A DNA stretch of 64,000 bases from Plasmodiophora brassicae. Taxonomy: Eukaryota. The stretch covers positions 806,001-870,000 of the forward strand of contig CP145422.1 in the NCBI GenBank assembly GCA_036867785.1, written 5' to 3'. Positions 22,001-36,698 of the stretch are shown piece after piece; the first letter of the stretch is position 1, and each line of letters starts with the position of its first letter. The notes under the pieces were generated by a model. The model saw nothing but the letters and a program-made list of their open reading frames with translations, searched no databases and was not told the DNA's origin. The position numbers and the translations under genes are program-made.

Positions 22001-25000
22001 CCAGGTTGTACTGGTGCAGGTGGTCGCGAACGCCTGCCAGGATTCGCAGCACCGCCTGCACCTGCGACGCGATCACGTCCGCCTGCGCGTACAGGCGCTG
22101 GCCATGGGATCCCAGCGATCGCACGAGATCGGTCACGTCCAGCGCGGACGACAACGCCAGCAGGTGATGATGATGCTGGCTCCAGTTGAAGAACGCGGCG
22201 TCGTGATCGCCCTTGTGGCACAGTTTGACCACGCGCTGAACGACCAGCTTGATCTGATCGGTCACGCTCAGGTCAACGTCTGTCGCGGTCGTGTCGATCG
22301 TGTTCGTGGCAAACGACGCCGCCACGCGTCCCATGACGCCGGCGAACGCATCAGGGAACGGAAGGGCCGGCAGGAGCTTCAGGGCGCCTTCGACGGCGGC
22401 ACGAGCGGACGCAGCGACCTGCAGGCCAGGCATCGTCGCAATCGGCGCGATCTGGTACCGAGCCGCGACCGGGGCCAGCTCCTCCCTCACAGACGTCAGC
22501 GTCGCGATCATCGACAAGCAGGCGGCGTGCCCTTCTGCCGCTAACCACACACAGACAGCATCAGCCATTGTCGGTCTCATGGCAGTCACGCGGGCGTCCG
22601 CCTACCAAACTGGACGTCGTCCGCGTCCTTCAGCGACGAACGGGATTCGAAGCAGGGCGCAGCAGCCGAAAGCGCTTCCAGCAACGCGTCCACGTTCTCC
22701 AGCAGCGTGCACGGCGACTGATCGTCTGCGAACGCGATCAGCAATGATGTCGCAGTCCACGCTGGCGGCGACCCTACCGAAGCGGGCGTCCGACATGGTC
22801 ACCAGGGATTCCAGCCAGGCCGTCATCGTGCGAAGTTGGTCGTCCATGCGAGCCAAAGCGGCGCGCTGGGCGACGACCATGGCGAAGACGTGCTCCTGCA
22901 TGGCCATCGTGCGTTTCGCTTCGGACGGCGTCAACTCGGGGCTGTGCGTCTGGACGCGCCCGCGAAGGTCCCAGACGGCGGCGACGAACTTGAAGAAGTC
23001 GCGTTCGCGTTCACGCTGGCAGGACTCCAGCACGCGCGCCAGCGCCATCGTATCTGTTCGCAACGGTCACAACGCGTCCGGCGCCAACGACGACGACCGG
23101 CGTACCGATGAGGGGGGAGGCGGCCCGGGCGGCAGACGCATGATGACGAACGCCCCGGGAGCGCAGCAGGTGGATCGTGTCCGACAGCGCCTTCTTCTTC
23201 ATCGGAACCGGCGCGCCGCCCGCCCGAAGCGACTCGGCGCGTTCGATGATGTCGCTGCCCGTCTCCCGAACGTCGTCGACGATGTCGCTGGACAGCGCCT
23301 CCATGACGGGGGCAACCAGCAGCGCGATTCGCTCGGCAACGGCATCGGCACCAGCGTCCACCTCGATGACTGGAACGCTCGCGGCCGGCGGGTCTGCGAC
23401 GACGACGATCGGCGTATCAGGGCGGGCGCGACGCGTACGCAACGTGACGATAAGGTCCCGAACGGGTCGGTCCAGGACCTGGTCCCAGGCGTGAACGGAC
23501 TGCATCAGCTTCCGGTGCGAACGTTCGCTGGACGCCTTCAGCGCGTGCCAGTTCGACACGTCCCAGCGCGCCAGCCTATCCAACGCGTCTCACGTTAGGC
23601 GCAACGACAACGAACAGCAGGCGGTCGCGGACGCACCGGGTCAGGTCCTTCAACGTCGTTTCGACGCGTTTGCGCTCGCGCTGGACGAGCTCGCGAACGG
23701 CGTCGTGCAGTGGGTCGTAGTACCCGGCCAGGTTGGCCAGCAGCACGCCGCACCTGGTGCCGGGGCTGACCGCCAGCGTCCTCAGCATGTGCAGGCGGAG
23801 CGTGAACTCGCCCAGGGTCGACGTCTGGATGAACTCGTCCAGGGCGTCGTACAGGTCGTCGCCGGTCGACGACGCGTGCACCACCAGCTGGAGCAGGTGC
23901 GGCCAGAGGCGCAGCGCGCGCCCGTACGCGGCACGTTCCCGCCCGTCCAGGGCGAACGGCCACGCCTCCAGCTCCATCTGGCGCCACCGGGCGACCAGGC
24001 TCTGCAGCGCGGCGACCTGCGCCTGCAACGACACGTACTTGGCGGCGTACGCCTCCCATTTCTCGACGGCCGCCAGGACCTGCTCGACGCCGGCCACAAG
24101 GCGCATCAACGGCGCCGACACCGGCAACGACGCCACGCGGGCACAGACGCGTGCAATGTGGAGCAACGACGGGTGACCGCGACACTCGTCCAGCGCCAGC
24201 ACGTCACGAACGCGGTACAGCAGCGCCCTCAACGCAACCTGCCCCACGCCGTCGTTAGTTCAAACGCGTCCTGCGCCGACAACTCGCAACGTACCTCGAG
24301 TTCGGGCAGCTGAGAGGAGACGGCGTACCGGAACAGGTCGACCTTCTTGCTCTGGTCGCGCCCGCGAAGCTCGTCCAGGCAGTACCGCAGGACGGCGTTG
24401 GTACCGACGCAGGCGCCACCAGCGTCCGTATCGTCGGTGAACGTCGCGACGGCCGAGTACACCTGCAGAGCGTTGTGATGGGCGATGCGTGCGACGTCGT
24501 TGTCGTCGAGCGGCGCCGCCGGGAGCGCCGGGGCACCCAACGCCTTCGTGTACAGCTGGTACAGTTCGAGGAGGTCGGCGTCGGCGAACGCGCCGTCGCG
24601 TGCCAGGCTGGCCTCGCCGACGCGATCGTCGTCGTCGGCGTCGACGTCAACGGGGCGGTCGACCAGGTCGGCAAAGTCGCTGTCGAACGTCGGGAACATG
24701 GCGCGGAGGCGACGCTCGTCGTCGTCGTCGCCGTTCGCCGCCAGGCCGCCCGTTTCCGGTCGGTGCCGGTACAGGTCCGCCTGGCGTTCAGCACGTACCC
24801 GCTCGGCACGTTCATGGGCGGACCACAGACGAACCAGCGCCAGCGTCACCGGCGACAGCAGCGCCCGTCGCGACAGACGACACAGGGCCAACCTGTGGCG
24901 AGACGGGCAAGACGTTAGCGAGGCGAGAGGCGGCGCAAGCGATGCGACTGACTTCATGGCGGGGATGGCAACGTGGCAGCGCGCGAGGTGCTCGAGCAGC

Positions 25001-28000
25001 GACGGCTGCGATAGGTGCCGGACGTCGTCGTCGACACACGTCAGCGCGAGCGACGCGCGCAGAGCGACTTGGCAGGGGTCGGCAACGGGCGACGCACGAA
25101 TGTGGTCGTGCAGGGCGCTCATCATGCGCAGGACTTCGACGACGACCTGTGCGACACGGCCACGTTTGACAACGTTCGCGAGAGAGCGTCGCTCCCCGAC
25201 GGGTGGCCTTACCGGCGATGCGATATCTTCGAAGGCGAGCATGAACGACGCGTCAAGGGATTGGACGAAGGCGCGCGCGTTCTCGATCCACAGCTGCATG
25301 GCGTCGCGATCATCGTCCTGGATCAGCGACAGGATCCGCCTGTGGCAACGCAACCATGTCAGCAGGTGGGAACGAACGCGACGCCATCGGATGGCCCATA
25401 CCGGAACGATGCGTGCGAGTCGATGAACGCTTGCACCGCGTCGTACAGGAGGCGGAACGAGGCATCCGCTGGTCGACAGGCGACCTGACCCGACTCTCTG
25501 CAGCAACGTCGTCAGCAACGTTCAACGCGCGGGTCGCTGTGGACGCACCGTTCCAGGGTGTCAAGCAGAGCGCGCTCGGTCAGGACGAGGCGCTGGACGA
25601 TCGGGTCGTCCAGTTCCGACCCGATCAGCAGGCGGGTCTGCGCCCGGCGCACGTCGATCTCGTGGCGCAGGTCGACGAGCTGGCGCTCGGCGTCGCTGGC
25701 GCGAACGCTGTGCTTCAGCATCGGGTCCACCGTCCGGCTCGGCGCCATCAGGTGCAGGCGAATCGCGCCGACCAGGAACAAACCGGCAGCGCTGTCGATC
25801 GCAGACAGGAGCGGCGGCAGCAGCGCCTGCATAACCGACAAGACGCGCTCGTCGACCGCGTTCTGGACGTCGGCAACAGATTTGATGCCGAACGCGCGAA
25901 GCGTCGACGTTAGCAGGCGCTGGGTCGCTGGCGTCGAACGGGCATCGGCGACACGTCGTGACCCGCATTGCCACTGCGCCTGGATGACGCGCTCCATCAG
26001 CGCGATCTGGGCCTGGCGATGGTGCAGAGGCGCCTGGGACGCCGCCTTGACCAGGTCGAAGATGGCGGCGGTCGGCGCCGGGCCACAACTGACGATCGCG
26101 GCCAGCCCCGTTCGCGTCAGGCGATGGGCGAGCGCGGGCGTGATCGCGTTCGACCAGACAAGCGACTGGAGGGGTTCCATCGACGCGCACGACGTTATCG
26201 ACCCGTACTGCAGGCCGACTCGTAACGCGCGTTCAGCGATCGCCGCGTCCGCCAGCGCCCCCGATTCGGCGCTGGACAGCAGAGCCACCATGCACCGCTT
26301 GAAGCACGCCGCGCCTGAAACGCCACCATCCGTCAGTCGTGCCACCTCGCGGGAAACGGTTCGTGACGGGCGACGCCCTACCCAGAGGACCGCATGCGGC
26401 GACCATGGCCGATTCCGGCAGCGCGAACGACGTCTCGATGACTTCGTCGACGAACTCGCCGTCGTCGTGGTCGGCGCCGCTGATCCGGATCGTGAACGAC
26501 TCGCGAACGGGCGCAGGCGGTGCCCAGTCTGAACCACACACAGCGGTCAGTCGACGAGCGAACAGGCAACGCGCGAATCGCGTCTACCCAGTGTCGACAG
26601 GTGGGCGACGGCCGCCTCCACCCGCTCCACGACGTCGGCGTCGTTGCCGAAAGACACGATGGTGGCCATAGCCTCGACCAGCGCGCGCCGGGATGAAACA
26701 TCTGTGAGTGCCAACGTTAATGGCGCACGCCCCAAGGCAGCGCGTCAGTCGCGTTCCCTACCCATGAGCGGTCCCGATCGGCGATCCAGCGCATGGGCAG
26801 CGGCACGTACCGCTGCCGTTCGGGCGGACGACGGCAGCATGGGGTGGGGCGAACGTTTCCAGAGCGCCATGGATGCCGGTTTTGTCGGGCTGACGGCGTA
26901 CAGGAACCGGTCGATGAGACGGTGCACCTCGTCGAACGACGCCGGCAGGTCCCGTTGGAAGTCCTTGACGCGTACGTGGGCGCAGGCCCAGACCAGTTCG
27001 TCGTCGACGCGGCCGCTCGCTAGCCGCAGACGAAGGTCGAACGCGCGCGCGCTAATTGACGACATCGCACGCCAGTTGGCACTGTCCGACGACGTCAACG
27101 ACTTCATGACGACCTCATCTGCGGTCGCGTTCAGCACATTTGTACGTTACGAACGCAGCCGACGCAGGCAGAATACCGATCGCATGGAGCACTGGTTGCA
27201 GGATGGGGAGCGCGGCATGTCGGGACGACGACGACGATCGTTGCTGGAGAGGCGACAGAGCACTGATCTCCACCTTGGCGCCGATCCTGCGAAGATGCCC
27301 CACGAGACACGCGAGGCGCTCGCCGAGCGTGACGAACGAGGCCGGCACCAGCTGCGTCACGTCGTGCTCGGGACGAAGCGGTGTGAACACATCTACGATG
27401 CCCAGTGTCAGCGGCGCGGATGTCCCCTCGATGAGCAACGCGTTACCGAGCGTGGCCCATTCGTTCCAGATCGCGGCCCAGAGTGGCGTTCGCGAGACGA
27501 CCGCAACGAGGTTCGCCAGCGAAGGGCACGATTCGCACAGGGGTTGGACCTCGTCACGAGTGGCGAATTCCAACGCGACCTGAAGGGCGACGGGGACGTC
27601 GTCGGAGGGCGCCGTCGGCGACCTGGGCGTCCAGACGGCCGCCGCGTTGGGTTCGCGACAGGACGTCAGGAACGTGTGCAGAGCGGTCAGACGCTGGCGA
27701 TGGTGGCGCAGGTGCAGGCCGGGCCACGCCGGGCCCTGTCGATGCAGCGCCGATCGAACACGCTCGGGGATGTCGAGCGTCGTGAGGTCGACCAGGTGGC
27801 CGTACGTCTGTTCCAGCGCGAGCGCCAGCGCGATCGACGATGACACGCCTCGGACGACCTGCTGGACGGCGAGCTCGCACCTGGGGAGCAACGCGTGACG
27901 TTAGGACGACGACGACGATGGGGCGCAGAAGGGCGCTGCGACCGACCAGTGCAGAAGGTGGCGGATGGTGACGGCCGGGTTGCGATCGGCGAGCGTCTGG

Positions 28001-31000
28001 TGCGTGCCGAGGACGAGAACGGCAACGTGATCGTGGGTGACGCCAGCGTCATAGATCATGTGCAGGAGATCGTCGTCGGTGAACCGGTGGCGCCAGGCGC
28101 GCTCCGGGCGAACGTCGACGTCGGGCGAGCACAGGGCGATTTCGACACAGCGGTTCCGAACGGCACGAGACAGCGATCCTGTCGAAGGTCAGCGGGGCGA
28201 CGACGCGGGACCGGGTCGAACGTGGACCCACCGTGCTGTTCGTCGACCGTGAAGAACATTCGGAAGTCGGGATGCGGCAGGATGGTTCGCGCCCGCCCGC
28301 TCTCGTTGATCAGCAGCGTGCCGCCGGGTTCCAGGAGCGCGTTCAGACGGTCGAGCACCGATGGGGCGCACAGGTTGGCATTGTCGAGCAGGACCCAGGC
28401 ACCGTTCTGTGGCACACACACAGACAGACGACGCCCCCCGTCAGCATCGGTCCGATTGATTGGCCCGAACGTTGCACAGCCGTACCTCAACAGCGACCGT
28501 CAGGGGACCGTCGACCCATTCGAATCGGCCCTGGGCGCCGCCCTCCTCGCATTGACCGATACGGGACACGTCCACGCCGAGGCGACCCGCCAACGACCGA
28601 ACCACGTCGGCCTGACCCTTATTCCACCTGCCGAGGGACGGTCAGAACACACCGGTCCAACCTCGTGCACGCCACGAACCCTTGAGCGATGGGGAGCCGT
28701 TCGACGACGTTCCACAGGTCGAGAAGGTCGCTGGTGACGGACCCGCTCGCTGAGGCATGGATCATGGCTTGTCGAAGGGTCACGATCAGGTTTTGTCGAT
28801 GCCGGGCGGCATCGACCTGCTCGAAGGCGCCGAGGAGTTCGGTGGCGTCGAGCGCGGCGCTGACAGCAATCTCGACGAGCGGTCGGGACGCGATCCGCGA
28901 CGCTAGGCGCACGATGCTCGTCTTGCCGCTCCCGCCGGGACCGACGACGATCACCGGCAGGCGCTCGCGAACGCATCGCAGCATGTGCAGGAGCGGGGCC
29001 CGGTACGCGTGCGGGACATCGAGGACGTCCGACCCCTTCGTGATCGCCAGCGCGTTCACATGCTCGTGGACGACGGCAACGGGGCCGTCGGCGAACACGT
29101 CGTCAAAGATACGACGCAGGGCGGAACGGTCGCGAGCGTTCCGTAGGCGCTGGAGGTAGACGAGGTCGACGACCTGCGAAGGGCACGTCGGCGACAGCGA
29201 GACGGATCGAAGCAGGTCGCGTAGGTTGAACTCCCATGGGGCGCCGCTCGTCGCGAAGCGCCGCTCCAGGCAGATGGCCACGTGCGCCCGCTCGTTGAAC
29301 TCGATCAGGCGTGGGTCGCATCCGTTCAGGATGCGCGTGTAATCGCCCTGGGACATCTCCTCCAGGTAGACCTGTCGGGCCACTGATCAGCAACGCGTTC
29401 GGGCGGGACGGCGACAAGCGCGTCCGTTCCCACCTTTGTGAAACGGTTGAGGAACGACGCGGGAAGCGCTTTACGACCGCCACCTTCCTGGACGGGGTTC
29501 TGGCAGGCGAACACGCGGAACGACGGGTGGCAGGTGAACGTGCGGTCCAGTTCAGGGATGAATCTGAACAGGGGACGCGTTCAGCGGACAGCACGTATCA
29601 TCACGCCCAGGGAACGCGTTTACATTTCGGCGCGGTGATCGAGCACCGAGTTGAGGCCCTCGAGGACGGACTGGGAGGCCAGGTTCAGCTCGTCGAGGAG
29701 GACCCAGTGGCCGTGGACCAGCGCGTCCAGGAAGGGGCCGTTGACCCAGGTGAAGGTGCCCGCGGGCGCGTCCGCCATTGGCAGGTCGCTGCCCAGCAGG
29801 TCCATCATGTCCGTCTGCTCGGACAGGTTCAGGCGCGTCACCCGGTGCCCAGAACGCTGGCCGAGCGCCACGACCAGCGACGTCTTGCCGACACCCGGCG
29901 ACCCTTCCAGGAGAACGGCCTTGCGAAGTTGCAGGGCACGAAGGACGCGCGTGACGTTCCGGCGGGCGCTGGTCGCCTCAAAGTCGTACCGCCTGCAGCA
30001 ACCACGTTAGGCGATGAGTCATGACGACGACGACGAACGGCGACACGAACGTCGGTGCTGCAGGATCCGGGCCGACGTCGACGAAGAACGGGGACAGGCC
30101 GAAACGCGCGCCGTCGCTGACGAGCGGCGCATGGCTGTGCACAGAGCAGTCGTGGAAGTCGACGTCGCGTTCGACCAGGCGGCGCTCGTCGTCGGGCAGG
30201 ACGTCCAGGGCGACCCGCAGCGCGTGCTGGCGCCGCTGCCGAGCGCGATCGGGTGCATCGCCGGACGCGATCCCGATGCCATCAATCACCTGTCGTTGTC
30301 GTTAGGCAGGGACAGCGAGCCGGGAAGCGCGAGTGGTGTACCGTCAGCAGGGCGGCGTTGACGAAGGCGAGCGGCAGCGGGACACGATCGGCGACCGACT
30401 CCATGAAGTGGACAAAGGCGCGCAGGTCGCGCAGCGAGGCGCGCTCGCGGGCGTGCACGTCGAACCCGTTGACGAACGCGACCAGCGGCGCCGCGTACGC
30501 CCGCAGGTCGTCCCGGCGGACGCCACTGGACACGATCGCCAGCAGGTCCTGATCCGACAGCCGGTTCGGGATCCAGACCTGTTCATGGTGGTTGCTCAAC
30601 CGGTGAACGAACGCGGGCACGTGCATGTGCAGACGCACCTCAGTGAACCGGTTGCGAAGCGCGGGCGACAGCTCCTTCTTGCCAAAGTCGCCGCCCGGGT
30701 TCATCGTCGCCACGACGCGGAACGCGGGATGGGCGACGACGCGCTCCTCGTCGCCCGACTTCTCCGCCAGCAGGATCGACCGGCCCCGCTCCAGGACCGA
30801 GTTCAGGCGCTCGACGACGGCGTCCTCGGCTGTGTGGGCGCACATCAGAATCGCACACGGCGAACGGATCACGCCCACGACGACGACGTACCCAGCGAGA
30901 TCTCGTCGATCAGGATCATGTCGCCGCGGCGCATGGCGACGACGAGCGGCCCGTCGACCCATTCGAACATGGCGCTGGCGTCGCGTATCGCGTCGGCGGC

Positions 31001-34000
31001 GGCGCTCAGCAGCAGCGCCGCCGCCTCGTCGCCCGTCGACCCCGCCAGACGCTCGCGGGCGCCCGTCAGCCCTGTTGCCCGCACACACAACGTCAGCGAG
31101 GGTCACGAACGCGCATCGCCCGACGTACCGCAGGCGTCCAGGTCGATGCCAACGGCGGCCAGCGCCGTCCGGGCGCGTTGCCATCGCGCGGCCCGATCGC
31201 GAACCGGGCGCAGGGCGCCGATCAGGTCGGCGGCGTCGCTGTGCTCGTGCAGGTTGACGACGTGGAGCGTCTGGCGGCGCAGGGCGGCCAGCGCCTGGCA
31301 GACGGTCGTCTTGCCCAGGCCGGTGTCGCCGACCAGGAGCACCGGCTCGCTGGCGTCGAGCGCCGACGCGCACAGCGCCATCATCCTCGTCATCTGCTGC
31401 GTCAGCGCCAGCGCCGGCACCGACCCGCCGCGACGAACGAGGTCGCCGACGACCCGGTCGTACCAGGCGTCCATCTGCAGGGCGGCGTCGTCCACGTTCA
31501 GGTGCCGTTGCAGGCAGGCGCGCACCGCCTCCCGATCGTCGTCGTTGCGCAGGCGCTCGCCGAGCAGCATGAAGCCATGGGCGGCGATCTCGCCCGTCGT
31601 CGCCGGGCGCCGCCCCGCCCATCGGAACAGGTCGCGCGACGTGATCGCCCCGCTCTTGCCGGCGAAGACGCGCGAACGCTGCCGCTGCCGTTGCAGGTCG
31701 ACCATGACGTTCACCTGCGGCGCGTTCACGACATGAGCCCAAACGGAGATACGCGCGTTGACGCCCGACGTACCATTCGGCGACAATGCGATGGCGCCAG
31801 GCGACCGCGACGTACCAGGAGGACGACGAGCTCATCGACGGGCATGTCGTCGACGTGGACCTCGACGAACCGGTTCCGGAACGCCCGGGACAGGACCTTG
31901 CGACCGCCGTACGACCCACCGGCCGGCTGTGGCAGGGATCGTCAGATCAGGGCACACGTCGTCGACGCATGCAGGCGCTTACGTTCTGGGTGGCGAACAG
32001 CGCGAAACGCGGGTGGGCGCGGATGCGTTCGTGCGTCTCGGGGACGACGAGCTCGCGGTTGTCGTCGAGCAGGCGGTTCAGCGCCTCGAGGACGTCGCTC
32101 GGCGCCAGGTTCAGCTCGTCCAGGACGATCCAGTGGCCGTGACGGACGGCCTTCACGAGGGCACCTGCACACGGGTGTCAGGGACGAACGCCCCTGACGG
32201 TGACGACGACAACCAACCTTCGATGAACGTCAGGCGGCCGGTGGCAGGGTCGGTGCCATACGACCCCAGGTACTCGTCGATGTCGGTGTGCTCGTGGTTG
32301 TTGATCCGGACGAGGCGATGGCCGGTGCGCCTGGCCAGGTAGTCGACCAGGCTGGTCTTGCCGGCCGAAGTGGGCCCTTGCAGGAGAACGGGCAGGGGGA
32401 CGCCGCTGCCCAGCGCCCGGCACACGTCCGTCAGGCGCTCCTCGACGGTCGCCGTCAGGATGAACTCGTCGTCGTCCCCACCGGCCACCGGCGGCAGCGG
32501 CCCGCGACGAAGACGGAACCCAGCGATCTCGATGCAATCGTCGGGCGGCGGGCGACGAAACGAAGGGCCGCCGCCGCTGCTTCGGGCGAACGCGCTCAGG
32601 TGCGGTGCACACAGCGACCTGGACGGCGCGTCGCACGGCGTCAGGAACGCCATGGTCATGCCCTCGTGCAGCGCCCGGGCGACGCCCATGCTGTTGCAGG
32701 CGTCCCTGGCGTAGCGCAGCGCCCGGCACAACGTTCGCAGCGAGTACACGGGGACGTCCATGCCGGACGAGGTCAGCGCGCGCTCCCCCGACAGGCGTCG
32801 CAGCGTCCGGTACGCGTCGACGACGTCGACGTGGTTCGCCACAGGCGCCGGCAGGACGTGCTGGACGAGGACGCGCAGGTCGGCAGCGTCGTCGACGTCG
32901 TCGACGAAGATCTCGGTGAACCGGGAGCGGACCGGGTGCGGCAGCGGGCGCTTGCCGGCGTCGGTGTTCGGGTTCATGGCGGCGAACAGGCGGAACGACG
33001 GGTGCCGCTCGACCTGGCGCCCTTCGAAGTGGAACGCCGACGACGACGACGGGTCGAGCAGCGATTGCAGGGCGAAGAGCGTGGACGACGCCGCCAGGTT
33101 GATCTCGTCGAGCAGGATCCAGTCGCCCTGGCGCAGCGCGCGCACCAGGGCGCCTTCGACGAACCAGAACGCGAACGCGCCTCGCTCGTCGTTCTGCACC
33201 TGACGGCGGAACACGTCGAGGTCGCGCGCGAACGCCTGCCATTGCCGGCGACGCTCGGGCGAGACGGGCTTGTCCAGCGCCATGCTCGTCGACCGGGATA
33301 GCAGCTTGGCGAGGTTCGCCCAGTGGCCGTTGTCGAACGCCTGACGGATGGACGCCAGGAACGTGGCGTTCGACGCCCGCGAGAACGTCAGCGGGAACAG
33401 GGACCCGAACGCGTTCAGGATCGGGATCGACGCGGTGCGAAGGTCGACGGGGCGGTACCCGCCCAGGAGCTCGCTGGTGTCCGACTGCTGCGACATGTTG
33501 CAGACGACGAGCACGCGGCCGCGCTGCCGAGCGCATTCGTCCAGCATCGCCGTCTTTCCGTTGCCCGTCTCGCCGACCAGCAGGACGGGTTCGTTGGCGT
33601 CGACGGCGTCGTGGATCCGGGACATGAGGACGGAGGCGGCGCGCGTCGGCGCCAGACGGGTCGCAGACGCCAACGGGTGCGGGTCGCGTTCGCGAACGAC
33701 GTGAGCGTTCCTGGCGGCATCGATCCGCCAGAGAGCGGCGATGTCGTTCGACAGCTGGTCGCGCGCGGGCCCCGCAGGCATCCAGGCGACCAGGCAGACG
33801 TGAACGTGTTCGAGGACCTTCTCCCGGATCGCCGACGACGGTGCGGAAGGCAACGACAGGTGGTGCAAGCGCTGGCAGAGGCGCACGAAGGCGCGAATCG
33901 GTGCACTGTTCGTCAGCGTCAGCGTGCGAAGCAGCGTGTCGCGATGTGGGACCAAGGACGGGAAGCGGTCGCTGATGATGGACAGGACGTCGCCGGGCGT

Positions 34001-35008
34001 TAACGCTGGGATGACGATGTGCGAGAACAGGGCGTCGTACGGCGCCGTGAGCGGCACGCTTCGCGTTGCAAACAGGCGGAACTCGTCGTGGGCGACCTGG
34101 TCGCCGATACGGCCGCGTTCGAGCAACTCGCGGATGATGGAGATGATGTCGGGCGGGCACCGGTCGATGCCGTCGATCACGATCCACTGGCCGTCGACGA
34201 CGGCGCGCGTCAGGACGCCGGGAACGTACCGGAATTCGCCCGGGGTCTCTGTGCAGACGTAGGTGCCCAACAGCGACTTCACGTCGGTGTCGTCGTCGAG
34301 TACAAGCCGGATCGGGTCGACGGGTCGCCCGACACGACGGGAGAAGGCGCGCAGCAGGGTGGATTTCCCGCTGGATGGCGGGCCTTGGAGAAGAACCGGG
34401 CGGCCCGTCGCCAGGGCCATCGCCAGAGATTCCATGGCGGATGCAAAGTGAGGCAGTGCGACAAACGTGCCGTCGCCAGGTGCGGAACCTGAATCGTACC
34501 GGCATTGAGGAGCGAGAACGACAAACGCGGTGTGCAATCGTTTCGTACCTGGCACCTGCAACCGGATTGGAATTCGGCCAATCATTTGACGGGAGGAGCA
34601 GACCGAAGCAGAGCGGCTCCAAGCATCGGCAGGGCATGCAATAGCAGCGGTTGCTGGCGGGAGTTGACCAAGCGACAGGAGGAGAGCGCGGTGCGCACCC
34701 AGCGCCAGCAGGGAGGTCCTGCTAACCAGCTGTGTCGCTCGACTGTGAGAAACCAGCCCCGTCTCCAGAAGCTTTTCAACAGCGTCTACGTATTCGACGC
34801 TGGCAGCGCGAGGCGGCGACGTCGGCAGGATCCCAAGAACGGCTTCCTTCATATGGGGCGCGATCCTAAGCAGCCTAACGGCCACTCGAAGCAACTGGCA
34901 TTGATTGTCACGATAGCACGTTGAAAGGGCGTTCAAGCTCTCGTCGGCGTCATGGCTGGCGAGATAATCGAGTACGTCCTTATCGTCGTGACACCTGTCC
35001 AGCCACAT
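19056..35008 (-). CDS. MDN1: Midasin (dynein-like AAA-ATPase, 60S biogenesis), multi-exon
   Basis: Six Walker A motifs (GPPSSGKS, GETGNGKT, GPTSAGKT, GDTGLGKT, GSPGVGKT, GPGGSGKT) and repeated WILLDEINL / FAAMNP motifs. A long linker and D/E-rich tract precede a C-terminal MIDAS/VWA domain (GAFRTGKRLNMRRVIAYIASSFRKDRIW, AIDNSLSM). The start (MWLDRC) is inferred. Confidence 0.95.
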
Positions 35009-35172
35009 GACTGGGCTCCTGGTCAGGAGCGGTGTTGCACTTTGAGGGGGACTCCGTACGGACTCCGTGGCGGAGTCCGCGGTGACTGGTGGACGCCCGA
35101 CATCACGACGCAACACGTTGTGGCAATACAGGCCGCAAGTGCACTTTAGTGCCTGCATGGGTTTCGTGGCGC

Positions 35173-36698
35173 TCACGCCATCGATCTTACACTGATGGAC
35201 ATTCCCGCCGTCGTTCCCGATACAGTGTCCAGCATGACGTTGACGCGAGCGGCGTTGACTTCGGCGAGGAACGCGTTCCACATGTCGGCTTGGTGGATCT
35301 TGAAACGCGGCAGAGAGTTCGCTTCCATCAGGTGGATCATCTGCGTTGCCGCCGACCGGAACAGGGTTGCTGTGATTTCAGCCCTGTTCACGGTTCGGTC
35401 CGATGGCGAGATCGAGCGAAGGTTCTCGTGGAGCTTGTACGGGAACACGACCTCGCGAAACTTCATGATCGACACGCTGTCGATGTTGATCTCCATCGGG
35501 GCGCCCGGCATCAGGTACGACCGGTAGATCGCGATCGCCTTCATCACCGAAGCATCGTCCTGCGCAAACGTTCTTTCGTACTCGCAGGCGTCCTTCCAGA
35601 ACATAATCGATTCGACGGCCATGTCCTTCTCCAAGAGCGCCCTGTCGTACGCTAACTAAGACACCAGGCAGCTTGAGATTCGCTTCAGGGAAACCGACTT
35701 GTAGGCCTCGAAGCGTTCGGGTGATGAGTGCAGGAAACCCTGAAGAAGGCCACCGGCTGGCTCTGACGTAACGGAATCGACGTGGGATTCCGTTGTGAGG
35801 CGCTGATACTCGACAGTGTACGTTTTCATCAACGGGGCCACCATTGTTCTATATACCGTATTGCGATGTGCACTGTCAAATACCTGCGATCCTCCACAAG
35901 CGTCGTGCTGACCTACATGATCATGATGACGTCGCACGCAAGGAGCAGGACGAAGCAACCGGCCTCGAAGCTTTTCCATGGCTTCATGGCTGTTACCGCC
36001 CAGCCAATAACCGACACGAATGTCACGAGTGCGACACGTTTCAGAAGGCGCTTCATGCCGTGCACATCCGCAATGTGGCGCAGACGCGTCGACACGACGA
36101 ACAAGAAGGTGCCTTCGAGTAGGGCCTTCACGGTGAACAGAACTTGGAACGTTACAAACGCCGAATCTTGAGAGATGTATCCTGCCAGTAGCGTCTGATT
36201 CGGATCGTACATGTAGGGGAAGGCGACGGCGGCAAGGATGAGCGATGTGCCCACCATGACGGCAAGGTTGGCTAGGATGATGGCGTAGACGGTTCGCGTT
36301 GACATCAGCGCCGTCGTCAGGCGAATGATGTGCAGGATCGCCCTGTTCTTGATCGGGCAGCGCGTCATGTCCTGTGCGAACCTCATCTGGCACATCATGC
36401 GCCTATACGCCAGTGCCAGCGATAACGTCAGCAACGCGAACGAGATCAGTGTGAGGTCGATGAGGATCTGGCTCGGCAGCCAGATGAGCAGGATGTTTAG
36501 ATCGCCGGCGAATAGCGCCGTCAACGACAGGACGCAGGCCAGAGCGCACAGGAACGCGTTAATGAGGACCAGCAACTGGGGGCGCAGAAATCGGATGGGC
36601 GCCATCTGGCGCCTCTGGTGGAACCACACGATGCCGACAGGCGGAACGGCCGCATGCAGTGACAGCATGGCAACCCAGAACGCTTGGTATACATCCAT
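35173..36698 (-). CDS. Multi-pass (7TM-like) membrane protein fused to an RGS domain, about 3 exons
   Basis: The N-terminus has several hydrophobic helices. The C-terminal RGS signature is AVESIMFWKDACEY..AIAIYRSYLMPGAPMEINID..LFRSAATQMIHLMEANSLPRF. Short GT-AG introns lie near 35642-35698 and 35848-35912. Confidence 0.85.

Noticed and set aside
19320-34640. Many long overlapping ORFs (200-800 aa) on both strands
   Set aside because: These are shadow frames of the GC-rich midasin coding sequence. They are Arg/Pro/Ala-rich and have no motifs.
35009-35281. N-terminal 91 aa of the 1042-aa ORF
   Set aside because: It overlaps the end of the 7TM-RGS gene in another frame. Midasin more plausibly starts at ATG 35008.
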